Assembly: GCA_028534125.1 (NCBI GenBank) | Contig: CM052817.1 | Span: forward strand, 64,792,001-64,856,000 | Source of the DNA: Lama glama | Lineage: Eukaryota | Reading direction: 5' to 3' | DNA length: 64,000 nt | Part shown: in pieces, positions 41,059 through 54,483 of the stretch | Layout: each line of letters starts with the position of its first letter | How positions within the stretch are numbered: position 1 is the stretch's first letter | The notes under the pieces: model-generated | What the model was told of the DNA's origin: nothing | The model's input: the letters and a program-made list of their open reading frames with translations, nothing else | Databases searched by the model: none | Made by a program: the position numbers and the translations under genes

Positions 41059-41558
41059 NNNNNNNNNNNNNNNNNNNNNNNNNNNNNNNNNNNNNNNNNN
41101 NNNNNNNNNNNNNNNNNNNNNNNNNNNNNNNNNNNNNNNNNNNNNNNNNNNNNNNNNNNNNNNNNNNNNNNNNNNNNNNNNNNNNNNNNNNNNNNNNNNN
41201 NNNNNNNNNNNNNNNNNNNNNNNNNNNNNNNNNNNNNNNNNNNNNNNNNNNNNNNNNNNNNNNNNNNNNNNNNNNNNNNNNNNNNNNNNNNNNNNNNNNN
41301 NNNNNNNNNNNNNNNNNNNNNNNNNNNNNNNNNNNNNNNNNNNNNNNNNNNNNNNNNNNNNNNNNNNNNNNNNNNNNNNNNNNNNNNNNNNNNNNNNNNN
41401 NNNNNNNNNNNNNNNNNNNNNNNNNNNNNNNNNNNNNNNNNNNNNNNNNNNNNNNNNNNNNNNNNNNNNNNNNNNNNNNNNNNNNNNNNNNNNNNNNNNN
41501 NNNNNNNNNNNNNNNNNNNNNNNNNNNNNNNNNNNNNNNNNNNNNNNNNNNNNNNNNN
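41059..41558. other. Assembly gap (500 N)
   Basis: Run of N; the round length suggests a placeholder size. Confidence 0.99.
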
Positions 41559-44500
41559 GTAACAGGAGGAGTGAGGTGGGGGAGGTCAGAGAAGCAATGG
41601 GGGCGACACCATGTGAGTGTTGAGGCCATTTTTGAAGATTTCAGCTTTTTTTTTTCATTTAGATAGACATCCACAGGAGGGTTTTGAGCAGAGGCATGAC
41701 TTGATCTGAGATATTTTTCTGTCTTTTGGTTGAGAATAGACTGCATGTGTGTTGAGGTGGGTGAGAGGGGCAGGCAAGAATGGTGCATGAAATGAGTCAG
41801 GAAACATAAAACCCATGAAAGAGCTGGAGACTGTGACAATTCTGATGCTAAGTTTGTGATGGGAACTCAGAGAAAGGAGAGACCAGCGTTAGCTGGACTC
41901 TTCAGAGAGAAGCACCTGGAGGGGCTGTGAGGAAACAGTGAACTCTGGCTCTGTGGAGAGAAGAGAGAGGAGGCAGAGGAGTCAGGAGAGGTGAAGGGAG
42001 CACAAGTAATATTTTGACAGGTTGTGATCATCTCTACCACACATGGGGTGCCTCTCTGTGGCGCTTGGCAAGCAAAATCTCTGATAGCCCCACAAAGCTA
42101 GTATTACCACCATGTCATAGATGAGGGAATTCAAATTCAGTAAATTTGAATAGTTATTGAAAAAAATAGAAAACGTAGGGACCTTTTCATTTCCCTTGTA
42201 GGTAGAAAATCATTACTATGCTTCATGCTCTAATTTTTCAAACCTATAATAAATCCTGTAAGTTCAAAATCTTTAATATTCTGCTCTTTCTAAATGTGGT
42301 TTCCATTTGTGACAGGGCAGAGTGTTTGCTAGGTCTCCACAGTCCATGCTGGGATGTTTTGCCGTCTTTGCACCCTGTTCGGCCTGGTTAGAGTCAAGAA
42401 GTCATTGATGGAATTTGGTTGTTTACTCTGTAGAGGAGGAGGCTTGGGATAGAGTGGGGAAGATGATGTACAGCCATCTTCAAGCACCTGAAGAAAGGTC
42501 AGACCTGTTTTCTAGGGCCCTGGGGCAGGGCCAGGGCACAACGAGGAGTTAGTAAGAGGCAGGTCAACGTGGCTTGGTGACAACTTCCCCGGGCTGGCTG
42601 TCAAGCAGTAGAGCAGACTCTGGACAGACCTGGAGCTGTCCTAGCAGAGATTACATAACCTCTGGCAATACACAACCCTTTGGCAGATCGCAGTGGGGTT
42701 ATAAAACCTTTTGGCAGATCGCAGTGGGGAAAAACCCAGCACCAGGTGGGAGGGGTGTCCCAGATAATTTCTAAAACTCTTTCAAATTGGAGGTTCGAAT
42801 CTCTTGGCTCTTGGTGGACACATTCTGTTTCCTGACCTTTTCACTGCAAGCCCCAAAGAACAGTTCCTCCTGTTCTAAAGCTTAATCGTGAGAAGACACA
42901 TCTGCTGCTGAAAAGCAGGATGCTGTACTGAAAGGAGCTGAAACCACACTAAGAAGAGATCGTGGGTTCCTAGCTTTGTTCCTGTCTTTGAACCAATCAG
43001 CCACGCAACTTTACTCTCCACTCTCCTCACCTGTAAAGTAAGGGGTTTGAATTGGAAGAAATTTAAGGCCATTTCTAGCTTTCATAGTCTATAATTCTAT
43101 CATTTTTAAACAGTATCTGCCTTTTGCTCACCACATATTACCAGTGCAGTTTTCTTTCCCATAAAAATCTGTGCGTTTTGGTTTTGCTGGGTTTGGTTTA
43201 TTTTCAGATTGAATTTGGAAACTCTCTGAGCCTTGGTGTATGAAAGTTGGATAGTTCAACATTTTGCATGTAAAAGATGCCATAGTGGATGCTCAGGGCT
43301 AGGGGCATGTGACTTGGGAATGTCAGGGGCTGTAATAATGAGAGGATAACAGTGACAAAGAGATGTTTCCCCTAACATAAATTGAGTTCACAAAGAGAGT
43401 TGTCATGTGTAAACCAGTAGTGAGGACGGCCTCAATGAAAGTGAAAAACATTCACATCAACATCATTGATTTCACGTTTCCCTCTCCTCACACAGCACCT
43501 GTGGAGGCTTTAATTAAGGTCAAAGGATGTGTACGAGAATGATTTCACCATCTACTGACTCAACCTGAAGTTAAACCTGTGATCCCACTGGGGCTGCACT
43601 ATTACTGGAGAGGCTGTGAAATCCACAGGGTAGGTGAGGGGACAAGAAGGAAGCTTTGTCCATCCCAAAGTCTCCCTTCTCTCAGCCTCCCCACGATGTC
43701 TCTGCCTTCTCCTTTATCTTCTCAGTGGGACTACTGCCCGGCTCTAACCATAAGTCACATTCACTGATGCAACTGATGTCTGATTACCTGCCTCATTTTG
43801 CTGCATCCCACCATTTGCCCAGCAAGGAGATGGGGCACAGAGTTACACCCATTTTACAGACAGCAAACTTCCTTAAGGAAGACGATCACTCAGATCTTTC
43901 CCTTTTACTTCTTGGAACCTCCAAATATGTCTACTGCCCTTTCCTGCCCACCCCTCATGTTCTGTGTGCACAGAAGCCTCAGAGGTGCTAATGGCAGAGC
44001 TTAGCTCTGAGCTGATAGGATTTCAGATAGAGAGACTGCATTCTGGACCATCACCTATGAAAGGATCCTAGGAGGTTGTAGGCAAGTCCTGAGGGCTTGT
44101 ACTGGCAGGTGAGACGGGAGCTGTACTGAGGTGGAGCAGCAGTCTCCCACTCTGTCTTCTCAGGCCTTTCATCAGGGACCCTCCAAAATCCCAAGTGAGG
44201 GGGTGCTGGGTGGCCCCAGGAGCCTGGCAGCTGCTGGCTGGGTATTAGGAGGTCTCCTACTATGAATTTCTGTGCTTTGGAGCGTTGTAAATCCTTCCAA
44301 AAGGAGATGCCCTACCAAGGCTAAAGGCTTTGTCCTTTTGGTGTATATTCTCATGGCCATGTAGGTTAAGACATGTGGGATGGAACTAGGAATACTTCAC
44401 AGGTAGAACTGGGGAAGGGACTCTTTGAAATATTTACTCACTCAGAAGGGCCTCTTTAGGGCTGAGTGCTCCTAAGCATGGGAATATACAAGACAGTTAT

Positions 44501-47500
44501 GTGACATTTAGAACTGGACCCAACATGACTATCTGTGTAGTACCTGGACATCTGGCAGGCAGGGATGGGAAGAAATAAGCCAGAGTGGCCAATGTATTGC
44601 ATCAGGACCTACCCACTAAAGGCAGAAAGACTCATTTCACTTTAGTTCATTGGAGACCGAGAGTGCCAGGTTCTCCTACCTTTTCCTGCCTCAGCCCCCA
44701 GGGCTGCATTGATCAGCCCTCACCCCATTCACATGATAATGAAGAAATACTATGATGCCCCAGGTGGCCGTCTCCCTCTCTCTCCCCATTGCTTGTATGG
44801 GGCATCAAAGACAGAAGCATCCAAAAGCTCAAAGGCCAATGGAAAGACCTGGCACAGAGGTGCATGCATGTCTCCTGATGTCCCTGTGTTCTCAGAGGGC
44901 ATTGCCTTCCCCACTCCCAACTTTCCCAATCCCAAGAAACTCCTCTTTACTTAGCCGAACCCATGTCCCCAGCCAGGAGAAGGCCAGATCTTTTGCTATA
45001 CACAAGTCTATACCAAAAAAGAGGCCAATTTAGATTTTTATCACAGTCCCTTTATTGCTGTGTGGTAAGCAGCTGAAGCCAAAAAGGACCGGAGGCACCC
45101 GTGTCCACAGACAATGAGCAGGTATCACTCTTCCACCATGACTAGGGCAAGGGGACCCCTCTGGGTCTCCTGAGACGGCGCCATGTCAATCAAGATCATT
45201 GTAATTACTCCTCCAACACTTCTTTCACTATTCCTGAACTTTCACATGACTCCTGTGAAAGGAAGGCTGCCCACACAGTTTCTTGAATCCCACATCCTGC
45301 CTCGGGAGTACCCAGTCAAGAGGGAAGCCCCTTCCTTCTGCTGGCCTTTCTCTGGCTGCAGGCTTTGATCCTCACTTTGGAAATGCTTGTTAAAACTGAA
45401 CAAAGTTCATCCTGATGATTTCTACTATGTTTCTCAACTTTGAATAAATGAAAGGTGAGCTAATTATACACAGGATTAACCATTAAAAGTTCATTGTTAA
45501 TGATGACAATAATTATATCCTTGATTCTCCCTGAAACTGGATCATGGATGCAAAGTTCAAGAGAGAAACCAGCCAAAAAAGAAAAAGGAAAAGAAAGAAG
45601 CGAAAGAAAAAAAAAAAAAAAAAGAGAGAGAGAGAAACCAGCCTATGTGAGCTCTGAAACAGACTGCAAACTCACTAGGGTCCCTCGCCTCAGGCCTGTA
45701 ATAGCTGTGTAGGATGATAGCTGCATGTGGTCTTTATATCTTCCAGGATCTGAAAAATGGCTTATGTAAAAGAATTGTCCTGAGACTGATGCTAAAAGTA
45801 GTGCCATAAAAATACATAGAATTCCAACCATGGTTCTCAAAGAGCAAGATTTTATTACTATTTTATAGGGAAAGAAACTGTTATAGAAGACAGATCCAGC
45901 CACACAACAAATGGTGGAGGGTGATTAGAGAAACTGTGGCATCAGATGCCTTGTTTAGAGACCCAAGTGTGTTTCATAGATTAGTGGGTTAACATGGTAG
46001 AGAAATGTATCTTTTTGTCCCCATACTTTGCTTCGTCAAGATACAAATCTCCTTTTAATAGTGCATTATTCTATAGCTCTATAGAAAAAATAAATAAATT
46101 CATATATAAGTGCATAACAAATTCATATTATAAAAGGGGAGGGTGGTGGTCACAAAGTCATTTGCAAATTTCATGCTGGCTTTAATTCCTCCACAGAATA
46201 CCAGCTTATCAAGTTTCAAGACTTACTCCATTGGTTCTTGATCTTAGAGGGTCCTGAAGCTTTGAGAAGGGAGTAACGGGGGCAAAGAGCTAATCTGGAT
46301 ATTAAATGAGCATGTTTCTTTTCTTGATAAGACTGCACCATCTTACTAAGAAGCCAAATTGCTTTTCTTTTGGTTGGGCTATATAAAGTCTGTGTAATAA
46401 CCTTAGATATCTTATGCTGATCAGAAGCTGCATGACAATGTGTGGTTTTAATTAATAATAATTGCTTTAAAATTATGAATGCTAGACAAACTGTCTCAAA
46501 ACCTAAAGTCTATGAGGGAGATATAATGAAAGGAGAATGAATTGTGAATCATTAAAGAAACGCTAGTGATGGGAGGTCGGGATGATCTGATAGATGGTCA
46601 GGTCGACCAGTCTTTGGCTGGTCAATAATACCACCAGCAAGTCTCAGTCCCTTGTGAATTAACCTAGGCTGTCTCTAAATACTTCCAAGGCAGTCATTTA
46701 TTTACTAAAACTTTGTTGGGACCTAGGTGACAAGTACTGTGCTAGTACTGGAGAAAAGAGAGGAGTGAGGCCTATTCCTGTGCTTGTGATGCTCTGCCTG
46801 ACCTTCAGATTGTTCTCTGTCCTGCTCTGTGCCCTCAGGAGGCCGATCCCCACAGCAGGAACAACAGGCCTCCCTGGCCTCTGGATTCTGGCGGGGTCAG
46901 GTCACCAGCAGAAGAGCAGGGGCAGGAGGAGAGAGCAATTGGGGTGATTATCATTCCTGCCCTGGCTTGGCAGAGACTATTTCCTCTGCTTATGGCCACT
47001 GCTCCTTCAGGCAGACCATCTGCTATGGCTCCAGCTCCTACGGGACTCTGGTGACTCTTTCCTGCCCTTTGGGCCTGGAAGTGATGATGGTTTCCCCCGT
47101 AATAAGAACTCATCACCCCTTGTTGGACTGACTCACTTTCTCTACCCCTCTGAAAAAAACCCCTCTTAAACATTCTTCAGTTAAACTCTAATTTGATTAT
47201 CTCCCGCTTCTGCTAGGATCCTGACTGATATAGGTCCTGCTCTCGAGTTGTTCACCAGACAAGTCAATAAGCAGTGACTCTTCAGTATGAACATGACTGT
47301 CATGAAATGAAATTCTAGTTTCTGGCTTACTCGGTTAGAAGTTCACCAACATATGGAACAAAGAGAAGAATAGAAAATGAAAATTATAGCAACCGCCGTT
47401 GTAAACTCTTAGAGATCACTGAACTAAGCCATTATTTCAACCTATCTTTATTTATTTAGAACCTGTTATAGGTAAGGACTTGTGTGGGGAGGGAAGGAAT

Positions 47501-48084
47501 TGAAGAACAAAACATGGGAAAATGGGACGAACTCAGTGGGATTAAAAACTGATATATATAAATAAAGTATAAAAGAAAGACTAAGAGACAGAGTGAGGAT
47601 ATAAGCACTTTCCCCAGTAACTTTCCTCAGTTACTGAAATTATTTGTAAGCTAGGAAATTAATTATGTGCTGACTAACAACAGATCATATTCTGTACATT
47701 TTCTCTCATTCCTGGAGCAATCCCTAGGTTGGGCACGATAAATGTGGGAGACTGTGCTTTGTGCAAATTGCACAGCTGATCCAGCATTTCATTTTGGTGT
47801 CTTAATCAAGCACAAAATTTTCAGCTGTTGCTTCATTTTCCTCAACTCTACTGGAAGAGAGAAATGAAGAAGGCAGCTGGAAAATTGTCCCAAGGCACGT
47901 GCAAAAGGGAGCAGCAATTTCTGGTTTCCCCTCCTATTTTAACTATGAATGTGCTCATAACTCTTCAGCCCAGGTAGTTGCTTCCAAGCCTCTTCCTAAA
48001 TCCTGCAGAGAATACCAGTCCACATTGAATCAAGACACTTTCATTTATGCATTTATTTAAAAAACACTGTTGTACATCTATTCT

Positions 48085-48254
48085 TTTCTTTAAAATTGAT
48101 TTTAATTGAAGTACAGTTGATTTACAATGTTATATTAGTTTCAGTACAGCATAGTGATTCAGGATTTTTACAGATTATACTCCATTAAAAGTTATTACAG
48201 GATAATGCTGTAATTTCTTATGCTGTACAATATATCCCTGTTGCTTATCTACTG
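48085..48254 (-). mobile_element. Short L1 3'-end insertion
   Basis: attgaagtacagttgatttacaatgtt...; perfect 13-bp TSD gtacatctattct at 48072-48084 and 48255-48267. Confidence 0.85.
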
Positions 48255-51200
48255 GTACATCTATTCTAGTTAGCCTTTCTGACGGCAGCAGGAGACAAAT
48301 GAAGAGATTTGTGAAGGAACAAACACATAAACAGAATACTACACTATAACATGGCCCACACAACGACAGAATGCCAGCGAGGTTATGGAGAGAGCAGAGA
48401 GTCACTGAGATCAGAGGAGATGTTCTTGAGTGAAGACTAAACTGAGTTCTAAAGGATAAACCGGAATTTGCTAAGACAAGGGGGCAGAATGCGAGAATAT
48501 TCTAGGAAGAAGAACAGCAAAAGAGAAAGCAAGGAAAAGACAGCCAAGCATGGTGGGTACAGGAGAAATTCAAGCACTCAGGGGTCAGGGGATGGGTGGC
48601 AGGGCCAGCACCGAGGGCCTCTGATTGATATTTGTATCCGGAGGCAAAGTGGAGCCTCTGAACAATTTTTAAGCCAAGAAGTGGCATGGTCAGATTGCCT
48701 TTTGTCTGTCTCTCTCTGGAGACTGTGGGGAAGACGATTCTGAGGGGAATAAGGCCAGAGGCAGGGTGGATGGGATTTCCCAAAGCTGTCTTTGTAATTA
48801 CCTTAGCGAAAGATAATAGGGGAAATAAACCAGTGAAAGATAAATCCCCTTCTTAAAGGAAAGGGAGCAATAAGAAAGAGTTCTTGCTCTGATGGAAAGA
48901 TCTTGCATCAGCAAGATCTGAGCCCTGGTCTCAAAGTACACCTGTGCTTGACATTCTCTCCATCCTTTTCAGGTGATGGCCTGCTCCTCTCACTCTCACC
49001 TGAACAGGAACCAGCCAGGGCCCAAGCAGAGCTGGGTCACGGTGGGCAGGACTTTGCTCTCCTCCCCACACCTCCTGTCCTCGTGGGACCGTGATTATTC
49101 TGCTCTGAGGCTTGAGGTGAGAGAATGTGGCACCACTACCTTCTTTGGTGCCACTACCTTCTTTGCTCTCAAAAAGCTTTTGGGTATTTTAAAGTAACAG
49201 AAAAAGAGAGGGTTCAGTTTGGGCATTCCTGTGGATGGGTTTGGAGGATTTGGAAGAATGAGGCCAAAACCATCCTGCAGTTGGCAAGGGCATGTGTTGG
49301 ACAGTTATTGCAGGAATTTAGGCAAGAGATAGGGGAAAAAAACCCTGAAAAAAACAGGGAAACTTGCTAGCAGGGACAAGGGTGAGGGAATTCACTGATA
49401 TGTATTTAGGAGGTAAAATCTAGAGGTCTTGATGATTCATGAGATGTGGAGACTGGTGCAGAGGGAGGAATCCAGCAAGATGCCCAGCTTTCCAGCTCGA
49501 GTGGATGTAAGGCCACAAACTAGGTGAGAAACTAGGAGGTAGAACACCTTTGGAGGAAATAAAGGGTTTAGTTGTGGTCACGTTGGTTTGTTACCTGTGA
49601 AGCATCCAGGTGTTATTCCTGTAGTTGGAGAGAGATTCTACATGGGTAAGGTCAAAACGCCAAGCTATTCTTAAGGTAAAGTAGTGGGGCATGAACTCTC
49701 AGGGGTATTTCTATTGTGTAAATGTTGAAAAGGAGAAAAATATTTTTGGTTAAAGGGAGAGAGACCTTCTCTTAGAGGTCTCCTAAGTGAAGTGGGCTGA
49801 CTTCAGGGGATGAGTAGGTGTTTCCCCATTTAGGGCCCCTTGCTGTTTTGACAAACATTGCCTAGAGCACCAACCCCTAAGGAACATGCCGATCTCCTCT
49901 GTGAACGTTCTTAGTCTGGCGGCCAGGGGCTGATGGCGCCTCTGAAATACACATCCATGTGGGGAAGTAGCCCCGTTTCTTCATTTTACCCCAAATTAGC
50001 GGGAATAATTTGGATACCACGTGATATTTAAAGTAACCAGGGGGAAAAGATGGGACTTGATATTCTTCATACAAGACAAACCTCAGAATATGGAGAAATC
50101 GACTTTAAAAAAAAGACATATTATAATAATTTTTTTTAATTTGCAAAGGGACCACAGATTAATTTAGAATTCTGCAATATCAAGCATCTTAGAAGCAAGT
50201 GGGGATGAAACGGCCCCCTGATGGTGCCAGGGCTGAAGTCCTGATGAAAGAACTCAGTCCTTTTTCTCTGAGTCATTTGGTCCTTGATCAGCTTGAGAGT
50301 TTCTTTCAAATTCAGCCAAGTGCTTCCCAGAACCTTTGGTGGCTTCCTGGGGAAAGCTTATTTCTCTGATTCTCCTTCACCACAACTAACTCACTACCAT
50401 GGGTCCCCTATTTTGCAAAATAAATTGAAAGTGCTTTAGGACCTTTTATTCCTAGGGAGACCTTCCTCAATTTTATTTTCCAAAGTGAAGAGAAATCAAG
50501 AGCCCTCATTCTATTTAGAGCTTTTGAAAGAGCTAGGGGAGAACTTAGGAAACAGGTGCTGAGAATTTTAAACCCGCATTTTTTGAGTCAGGCAACCACA
50601 TCATGCTTTTGACTAAGCTTGTAATCCACAATCAGAGTACAGTATTTCTACTGCATGGGTTTTTTGTAGGAAAGTTTGTTTTACCCAAGGCTACGCTGAA
50701 TAAATAGTACCACATTTGAGGCATGCCAGATCGTTATGTAAGTATTTGGTTCTTTGCCAGAACTGGCGTTGAAATTTATAAAATGCTGACAAAGTTCAAA
50801 TATTGTTTTTTCCCAAATCTGCAATTGCAAATTCAAATAAACATTTCTAATTAAGATATTTGACATGAATTTTAAGTGAGAGTCTTATTTATTTATGGTA
50901 CAGAAAAATAAATCCAGATTTGAAATTAAATATTTGATTACTTGAAAAAGCAGTTGCCAAGAGCACATCTCGCTATTATAATAAAAAAATTATTATAATA
51001 TGTCTTTTTTTAAAGTCAATTTTTTGGCTACTGTGATAATATATTTAGTAAGTTAGACACTTGACACAGCCGGATATTTATCACCCTCTCAATTCAATTA
51101 TTGAATCAGTCAAGAATATTTGCATAGTTTCCACTGGGCACAGAATGTTCTACTAGGTACTGTTTGAAGAAAGAACTTGAAGCGTAGTCCCTATCTTTCA

Positions 51201-53933
51201 ACACTTCACGTATACTATGGGTTGAACTCAAATGGAAGGCGTAAGTCACATCTCTTTAGCTTGTGGGGTGACTGGCAATGTCATAAGAGTGGTGGAAAGA
51301 TAGGAACCTGAGGCTGATTGCCTGGGGTAACAGGGATTTTCACTTTCCTTGGTGAAGAGAATCCCACTCTATGAAGGAATGAGAAACAAAAAGATGGACA
51401 AATAGATATGCATGAGGAAGGTAAACACTACAAACCAGTTTAAGAGGATTCAATTAGCTAATTATTACAGAAGAATAGGGAAAAAAAAGTTAGATATAAA
51501 GAGGGGTGAGAAACAAGGAAGAAAATGCTGATGGAAGGAACTTTTGCAGGTGGGAGTTGGGGTCATGGGGGGGAGTATTCCTGGGAAAGCTGCCGTGTAT
51601 AGTCTTCCTCTTCCTTTAAATACAAATCATTTCATATCAATTTGGTAATAACTAAAGCATGTTCTTTTCTGGACAAGTGCATATAGGAAGCTGACTATTG
51701 AGATAAATAAACATATAAAAAATGTCCATAAGGAATTAGCATTTTCCACCTTCATGAACCTAGACAATATTGTTAATGTTTTGAGGCAGGTACCAGCCAT
51801 TCTGGCCAGCTCTTTGTGCCTCGTAGGAGATGGTCAACTTTTCCAAATTACTGGCCTTCGGGCATGTGGTTCCTTCAACTGGGAATTTTGCCCCTCTCTT
51901 CATGGGGCCTGTTCCAGCTCATCCTTCAGACGTGAGCTTAAATCAAATTTCCAAGACACCTTATAGAAAGTTGAAAAATTCCTTCCTTTTTTTTTTTTCC
52001 TCTAACGCAGTACTTTGGTTGTTGCCCTATTTAACACATCCCAAATTTAAGTGATACATTTGTATGTTTATTTACTTTCTTATTCAATGAGTCTCTTGCT
52101 ACACCATATGCTGTAGGAGGGCAGAGGCCATGTCTGTTTTACTCACCACTGTGAGTGAGGTGTTTACCTAACTCAGTGCTTCATATGTGGTTGAAGTGAA
52201 AAAAATTGCCCAACAAATTAATACCTTTCACACATGATTTAACTATGACTAAAATTCTAGGTCATTCTTTAAACAGGAAACTGGATATTTCGTTTAATGT
52301 TCTTCTAGCTATTTCTTGCTCATTTATCCTCTGATTTAATGTACAAGAACTCAGTTTGACATTGTTTCATGGCTTCATTGACTAGAAATGAAAAATACAC
52401 AAGAACTATCAATTTCCTGATCTCTCCTGAGGACCAACATTTTCTGATGATATGAAAAACTGTTCATGGGCAGATTTCCCTGGAAAGATAGCAGAAAGTC
52501 TTTCTATTCACTATTTGGCTGTGACAAGCTCAGGAGTGAGAAATGATTCCATGGAGGTTCATAATAAATATAAAAATATAAAATTGTGACATACATATGT
52601 AACATTTCATAAAATATAACTTATAAGAAACTCTAGGCACAAAGTGTAGTTCATTTCAAAAACTGATCTGAGAATATAAATGTTTATTCCTTTTTTGATT
52701 TATTTCTTTTGATGTAACTATATTTGTATATAACTTTAGATATCCTTATGTAATAAGTTGTTCAAAATTTGAGATGAGACATAAACATTAATCCATTTTA
52801 CATATGTTTCTGGTTACAAATGCTTTTGGGGGGTCAGTTTTTCCTTCATTAATTAGGTCCTAGGGTCCTCACCTGCTAATGGGTGAGGGAAATGTCTCTG
52901 AATGATTTTTAGGTGGAGATTTTGTGTGTGTGTGTGTGTGTGTACATGTAGATATTAATAAACTATGACTGTTTATAAGTGCTTATGAGAATTGTCATTG
53001 TTAAATAGCTAATGAAGCTACTTCATATACTTTTTAGGTATTTCAGCAGTTTTTTGGTTTTATTTTGTTGTTTTCTAAAGGTAGATTAAGTCTAGATCCA
53101 CAAACTGGTAAAGGAAAGAGAACTTTTACTCCTTGAATTCAAGCTACTATATTGGGAAATATTCACTATGTGAAAATGGCTCATAATTACCTGAATCTTT
53201 TGCAATTCTACCCAGGCAATACTGTCTAAGCTATATTATGACCTTATATTGAAACCTTCAATTTCTGCTATGCCCACCTTACTTATTTTTCTTATAAAGT
53301 ATTTCCCATATTTTTTCAGGTGCTTTAATACTTTACCTATAGTCAATAAAAGCTTAATAACAAATAAAATTGCCCTCTTCAAACAAAATATATCACCATA
53401 AAACATTTTAGAAAATAATTAAATTTTATTTATTAAGAATTTTAAGTATATTATATATGGACATATAGATAGAAATGCCAGTGCAGTTATACCAAACTGA
53501 AAAACCTATTTTGTTGTTGTTGTTTTTGTTGTTAAATGGAGTCATTGCTAAGTAAACAGGGACTTAGGGACTTACAATTCTACTTTATGGAACTGAACGT
53601 TAGGATACACTTTACAGTGTGATTCTAGCTGCACTTATATTTATTTTTATTATTTTATTTAGTACTGTAAAGAGACATATTTCTGAAATATTAATGCATG
53701 CTGGCAAGTAGCCTCATGTCCCATTATAGTATGTTTTCCAGTTTCATCTAGTTATATAATGATGATTCTTAAAGTTAATCATTTAAAAATGGGCTCTTCC
53801 CTTACAGTTCACTAGTTCTTTTCTAAACTAATTAACTTGTACCAGGTAATGAACTGATTTCAAAATCTTAAACTGATTTTGTAACAAGTGCTTTAAAAAA
53901 ATTTACATTTGAATCCAAAAAAGAATGGTTACA

Positions 53934-54049
53934 GGGGAAGCACATGCCTAGCGTGCATGAGGCCCTGAGTTCAACCCCCAGGACCTCCATCAAAATCAAA
54001 TAAATAAATAAACCTAATTACCTCCCCTAAAAAAGTAAAAAAAAAAAAA
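53934..54049 (+). mobile_element. vic-1-like SINE lacking its A-box segment, in the presumed ADH7 3'UTR
   Basis: gagttcaacccccaggacctcc plus long poly-A; 17-bp TSD aaaaaagaatggttaca at 53917-53933 and 54050-54066. Confidence 0.85.
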
Positions 54050-54207
54050 AAAAAAGAATGGTTACAATGTGTTAAAGACCACCTATAAAATTAATATTAC
54101 TGTAGGAAATATATATCCCATGTCTTTATATGCTAAATCTGCTCTAAGTGGTGGCAGCTGAGTAAACCTTTTTTAAAAAAAATCTCTATTTCAACATAAA
54201 AATCCAA

Positions 54208-54241
54208 GTGTGTGTGTATGTGTGTGTGTGTGTGTGTGTGT
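54208..54241. repeat. (GT)n microsatellite in presumed ADH7 3'UTR
   Basis: Direct reading. Confidence 0.9.
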
Positions 54242-54483
54242 ATAGCTTTAGAACTAATGTATATTTATAGCTTTAGAACTTTAAAATGAAAAATTTTAAT
54301 GTTGTTTACTGAAGTCCCCTGCTAATTCCCAGGTACTCATAAGCCTCTAAATATTTATTTCATAAGGATTAGGTATCTTCATCAGATCTTGTATTTATGA
54401 AACAGATTCACGGTCACAGCAGAGGAAGCTCTAGGTCCCCACCGTCACACAACACAGATCTTCTGTCACTTAGAGTCTGTCCA

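Noticed and set aside
40931..41839. Long ORFs of 200-302 aa in the ORF track
   Set aside because: Artefacts of translating through the N gap.
42674..42729. CRISPR-like repeat-spacer array
   Set aside because: Only two copies with a 6-bp spacer, in a eukaryotic context with no cas genes.
42574..49370. Short intergenic ORFs (60-112 aa)
   Set aside because: No recognisable protein similarity or exon chain; lengths are as expected by chance and several overlap repeats.
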